This document shows, one piece after another, positions 46,532-50,429 of a stretch of DNA of 50,429 nucleotides (its first letter is position 1; every line of letters begins with the position of its first letter). The position numbers and the translations under genes were made by a program. The notes under the pieces were generated by a model, which ran no database searches, was not told where the DNA came from, and saw nothing but the letters and a program-made list of their open reading frames with translations. Source of the stretch: an uncultured Ornithinimicrobium sp. (GTDB taxonomy: Bacteria; Actinomycetota; Actinomycetes; Actinomycetales; Dermatophilaceae); NCBI GenBank assembly GCA_964450585.1, contig CAYVEH010000001.1, forward strand, positions 1 to 50,429, read 5' to 3'.

Positions 46532-48589
46532 GTGCCCACACCCGCCCCATCCCGCGCCACCGCCAGCGCCGCGCCCCAGGACCAGCCGCCCGCCAGGAAA
46601 CTGCCGACCGGGCTGATCATCGTCGTGCTGGCGCTGTGCGGCACCCTGGTCTCGCTGCAGCAGACGCTGGTGCTGCCGTTGCTCCCGGACTTTCCCGGGA
46701 TCCTGGACACCACCACCGACAACGCCTCGTGGTTGATCACCATCACGCTGCTCACCGGCGCGGTGGGCACCCCGATCGTCTCGCGGCTGGCGGACATGTT
46801 CGGCAAGCGGCTGATGCTGCTGGTCTGCCTCGGTTCGGTGATCGCCGGCTCGGCGCTGGGCGCGATCAGTGAGACCCTGGCGCCGGTCATCCTGGCCCGT
46901 GGGCTGACCGGGGTGGGGACCGCGCTGGTGCCGGTCGGTATCAGCATCATGCGTGACCACCTGCCCAGCGAGCGGGTCGGCTCGGGCGTGGCGTTGATGA
47001 GCGCGACGCTGGGCATCGGCGGGGCCGTCGGGATGCCGTTGGCCGGGGTGATCTACCAGAACTTCGACTGGCAGATGCTGTTCCTGGTCTCCGGTGGGTT
47101 CGCCGTCCTGATGTTCGTGCTGGTGCTGGTCGTCGTGCCGGAGTCGACCGTGCGAACCAGGGGGCGGTTCGACTACGTCGGGGCGCTGTTGCTGTCGGTG
47201 GCGCTGACCTGTTTCCTGCTGGCGGTGTCCAAGGCCGGCTCCTGGGGGTGGTTCGACCGGCTCACCATCTCGCTGGTCATCCTGTCCGGTCTGGTGCTGG
47301 CCGCCTGGCTGCCGTGGGAGCTCCGGCAAGGGCAGCCCCTGGTCGACATCCGCACCTCGATGCGCCGCACCGTGCTGCTGACCAATGTCGCCTCGATCCT
47401 CATCGGCCTGGCGATGTTCGCCAACTTCCTCACCAGCGCCCAACAGGTGCAGATGCCCCCAGAGACGGGCTACGGGTTCGGCCTGTCGGTGATCGAGACC
47501 GGCCTGGTGCTGCTGCCCCAGGGCATCCTGATGGTGCTGATGTCGCCGCTGGCCGCGTGGCTGATCCGGGTGTACGGCCCGCGTGCGATGCTCATGGCCG
47601 GCGCGATCACCATCGCGGTCGGGTTCGTGCTGCGGGCCTTCCTGCACTCCTCGGTGCTGGAGGTGATGATCGCCTCCGGGCTCAGTGCGCTGGGCACCGC
47701 TGTCGCCTTCGCCGCGATGCCGACCCTCATCATGCGGTCGGTGCCGATCACCGAGACCGCCTCGGCCAACGGTCTGAACACTCTGCTGCGCGCGATCGGC
47801 ACCTCCAGCGCCAGCGCCATGGTGGCCGCGCTGTTCGCCGCCATGGCGATGGACGGTATGCCGACCGTGCCCCGGTTCGAGGCCTACCAGTTGATCTTCT
47901 GGATCGCTGCTGCGGCGGCACTGCTGGGAGCCTTCATCGCCGCCTTCATCGTGCGACCGCAACCAGCGGCGGACCGGCAGGAGGTCCCGGGGGAGGTGCT
48001 GGCGGCCGAACGGCACGAGGTCAAGCAGCCCGAGGCCGAGAACGAGGTCGTGGTCGGCGGCATCATCACCGACGAGGCCGACCGGCCGATCCGGCAGGCC
48101 GTGGTCACGGTGTTGCACCCGGACGGGCGCCACGTCGACTGGGGCCGGACCGACAACACCGGCCACTACTCGCTGGCCCTGCCGCGACCCGGTCGCTACC
48201 TGGTCGTCGTCAGCGCCGACGGGTGGGGGCCGATGTCCGGGTTGGAGGACCTCGGTGATGCCGACCTGGACCAGATCCGGATGAACCGTCGGTTGCTGCT
48301 CACCGGGCACGTCACCGACGACGGGGCACCGCTGGGTGGGGTGATGCTCTCACTGATCCGGCACTCCGGAGAGTACGTCGCAACCCGGCACGCCGACGAG
48401 GACGGTGGCTATGAGATCGGGCTGCCCCCGCCGGGCCGGTACGTGCTCACCGTGGTGGATCACGACAGCGGACGGACCCGGTCCCGCGCCGTCCAGATCG
48501 GCTCGATGTCCGCCACGCTGGATATTGACATCGTCACCGGCATCCCGCAGAGCCGGCCCCGCCGGCCCAGCGAACCGGCGTCGCGGTGA
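46532..48589 (+). CDS. MFS transporter with two C-terminal carboxypeptidase-regulatory-like domains
   Basis: AGGAG before GTG 46532; RLADMFGKR motif A; ~14 TMs; tail repeats TDNTGHYSLALPRPGRYLVVV and ADEDGGYEIGLPPPGRYVLTV. Confidence 0.88.
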   Translation: MPTPAPSRATASAAPQDQPPARKLPTGLIIVVLALCGTLVSLQQTLVLPLLPDFPGILDTTTDNASWLITITLLTGAVGTPIVSRLADMFGKRLMLLVCLGSVIAGSALGAISETLAPVILARGLTGVGTALVPVGISIMRDHLPSERVGSGVALMSATLGIGGAVGMPLAGVIYQNFDWQMLFLVSGGFAVLMFVLVLVVVPESTVRTRGRFDYVGALLLSVALTCFLLAVSKAGSWGWFDRLTISLVILSGLVLAAWLPWELRQGQPLVDIRTSMRRTVLLTNVASILIGLAMFANFLTSAQQVQMPPETGYGFGLSVIETGLVLLPQGILMVLMSPLAAWLIRVYGPRAMLMAGAITIAVGFVLRAFLHSSVLEVMIASGLSALGTAVAFAAMPTLIMRSVPITETASANGLNTLLRAIGTSSASAMVAALFAAMAMDGMPTVPRFEAYQLIFWIAAAAALLGAFIAAFIVRPQPAADRQEVPGEVLAAERHEVKQPEAENEVVVGGIITDEADRPIRQAVVTVLHPDGRHVDWGRTDNTGHYSLALPRPGRYLVVVSADGWGPMSGLEDLGDADLDQIRMNRRLLLTGHVTDDGAPLGGVMLSLIRHSGEYVATRHADEDGGYEIGLPPPGRYVLTVVDHDSGRTRSRAVQIGSMSATLDIDIVTGIPQSRPRRPSEPASR

Positions 48590-49182
48590 GTCCTGCGCAG
48601 CGGCGGGACACCCGCGCCGACGTGCTGCAGGCGGCGCGCCGGCTGTTCGGCGAGCGCGGTTATGCCGCCGTCACGATTCGGGAGATCGCTGCGGCGGCCG
48701 GGGTGTCCCCAGCCCTGGTGATGAAGATCGGCGGGTCCAAGGAGCAGCTGCACGCCCTGGCCACCCCACTGGAGCCGGAGCCGCTCTCCGGTGAGGTGCC
48801 GTTGGCCGGGCTGGGTGAGCTGCTGGTGCGTCGGATGGTCCGCCGTCGGGAGGACACCGAGGCCGAGCCCTGGCTGCGGGCGCTCTATCTCATCGCCGAC
48901 GCACCGGACCCGGCGGCGGCCCGGGAGGAGTTCCGCACCCGGTTCCTGGGCCGGTTCCTGGTGCCCGGAGCCGGCCCGCAGGTCGCAGCCCAGGTGCGGC
49001 GGCACAGCGATGAGCTGGCGTGTCTGATGGTGGGGTTGGCTGCAGGGACGCGCACCCTGCGCCTGCTGCCGCCGGAGTCCACCGACCTGGAGGCGGTGAT
49101 CAGGGAGTACGGGTCGCTGGTCCAGCAGGTGGTGGACCGGATGACCCACCACCGCGTGTCCCGGTCCGGACCGGGCACCTAA
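48586..49182 (+). CDS. TetR family regulator
   Basis: AARRLFGERGYAAVTIREIAAAAGVSPALV..GSKEQL; GTGA overlap with MFS. Confidence 0.9.
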   Translation: MSPAQRRDTRADVLQAARRLFGERGYAAVTIREIAAAAGVSPALVMKIGGSKEQLHALATPLEPEPLSGEVPLAGLGELLVRRMVRRREDTEAEPWLRALYLIADAPDPAAAREEFRTRFLGRFLVPGAGPQVAAQVRRHSDELACLMVGLAAGTRTLRLLPPESTDLEAVIREYGSLVQQVVDRMTHHRVSRSGPGT

Positions 49183-49191
49183 GGTCGTGTC

Positions 49192-50429
49192 ATGACTGTG
49201 CGCCGGGTGATGGGGACCGAGACCGAGTACGGGATCACGCGACCCGGTGACCCGCGGGCGAACCCGGTCACCCTCTCCGGTCAGGTGGTGCGTGCCTATG
49301 CCACGGGCGCCGGGCCGCGCCTGGCGCTGCCCACCGGGTCCGGGTGGGACTATGCCGATGAGACCCCGTTGCGGGATGCGCGCGGTTTTGAGATGGCCCG
49401 GCAGTTGGCCGATGTCAGCCAGCTCACCGATGTTGACGACCCGACGACGGCCAACTCGGTGCTGTCCAACGGGGCCCGGCTCTACGTCGACCACGCCCAC
49501 CCGGAGTACTCCAGCCCGGAGGTGGTCTCGCCGCGGGATGCCCTGCGGTGGGACCGGGCGGGGGACGAGGTCATGCTGCGGGCGCTAGCCACCCTGGCCG
49601 AGCGGGGAGAGGTGCTGCGGGTCTACAAGAACAACGTGGACGGCAAGGGCGCCTCCTACGGCACCCACGAGAACTATCTGGTCCCGCGCCAGGTGCCGTT
49701 CCTGTCGATCGCGGCAGGCCTGCTGCCGTTCTTCGTGGCCCGCCAGGTGCTGGTCGGTGCCGGTCGAGTGGGGCTGGGCCAGTTCTCCGAGGACCCCGGG
49801 TTCCAGATCAGCCAGCGCGCGGACTACATCGAGGCCGAGATCGGCCTGGAGACGACGCTGAAACGGCCCATCATCAACACCCGCGACGAGCCGCACTCGT
49901 TCGGGGAGAAGTACCGCCGGCTGCACGTCATCGTCGGGGACGCCACGTTGTGCGATGTGGGCACCCTGTTGCGGCTGGGCACCACCAGTCTGGTGCTGGG
50001 TCTCATCGAGGCCGGACGGGTGCCCGAGCTAGAGCTGGTCGACCCGGTGGCCGCGATTCGGCAGATCTCCCACGACCCGGACCTGACCCAGCGGGTGGAA
50101 CTGCACGATGGGCGCCGGCTGACGGCACTGGAGATCCTGGAGATCTACCGGGAGGCGGTCGCGGCCCACCTGGGCGCGCAGGTGGACGCGGACACCCGCG
50201 AGGTGCTGCAGCACTGGGACGAGGTTGCCGCTGACCTGGCCACCGACCCGGCCCGCTGTGTGGGGCGGGTGGACTGGGTCACCAAGCGGGCGGTGTTGGA
50301 GGGCTACCGGCGCCGCGATGGTCTGGGGTGGGGGGACTCCCGACTGGCCGCCATCGACATCCAGTGGTCCGACCTGGACCCGCAGCGGGGTCTGGCGGCC
50401 CGGATGCGGGCCAGCGGCCGGCTGGTGAG
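49192..50429 (+). CDS. dop: Pup deamidase/depupylase (3' end outside window)
   Basis: Manual translation MTVRRVMGTETEYGI..WDYADETPLRDARGF..LSNGARLYVDHAHPEYS..YKNNVDGKGASYGTHENY..RPIINTRDEPH..RRLHVIVGD. Confidence 0.95.
   Translation, partial: MTVRRVMGTETEYGITRPGDPRANPVTLSGQVVRAYATGAGPRLALPTGSGWDYADETPLRDARGFEMARQLADVSQLTDVDDPTTANSVLSNGARLYVDHAHPEYSSPEVVSPRDALRWDRAGDEVMLRALATLAERGEVLRVYKNNVDGKGASYGTHENYLVPRQVPFLSIAAGLLPFFVARQVLVGAGRVGLGQFSEDPGFQISQRADYIEAEIGLETTLKRPIINTRDEPHSFGEKYRRLHVIVGDATLCDVGTLLRLGTTSLVLGLIEAGRVPELELVDPVAAIRQISHDPDLTQRVELHDGRRLTALEILEIYREAVAAHLGAQVDADTREVLQHWDEVAADLATDPARCVGRVDWVTKRAVLEGYRRRDGLGWGDSRLAAIDIQWSDLDPQRGLAARMRASGRLV

Noticed and set aside
3746-48310. Other long overlapping ORFs (e.g. 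3746..5188, 26954..28819, 28881..31130, 39024..40934, 46238..48310)
   Set aside because: Opposite-strand or off-frame shadows of well-supported genes
49192-50429. pafA rather than dop
   Set aside because: The WDY..ETPLRDARGF loop and HAHPEYS are Dop-specific

Overview
High-GC actinobacterial chromosome segment. Gene content (mshC, arc, dop, glgM) and style fit Micrococcales, e.g. an Ornithinimicrobium/Intrasporangiaceae-like organism; this is inference. From left to right: cyanophycin genes (cphB and cphA; cphA runs off the window and is missing from the ORF track) beside glgC/glgM; small housekeeping genes; a translationally coupled HipA-like kinase/DUF3037/YbaK trio divergent from a DinB with a Tudor-like tail; and tRNA-Leu(GAG) carrying a ~4.7 kb integrase-less island (19-bp att duplication, HigBA-like TA, IS481 remnant, lipoprotein serpin, and a frameshifted toxin fused to an RHH antitoxin). 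Then a Tat-exported M14 peptidase, TetR/MFS, an M20 peptidase, the conserved mshC neighbourhood, trmI-arc, an ~11 kb block separating arc from dop, and the 5' part of dop. The best candidate for an undescribed system lies in that block: a single-TM LytS-type kinase and LytTR regulator linked to a solute:sodium symporter that has an extra extracellular domain, upstream of a second symporter operon whose promoter has a BtsR-type direct repeat and a CRP-type site. Many genes show leaderless-type promoters, which were used to refine start codons. All family assignments come from motif recognition, not database searches.
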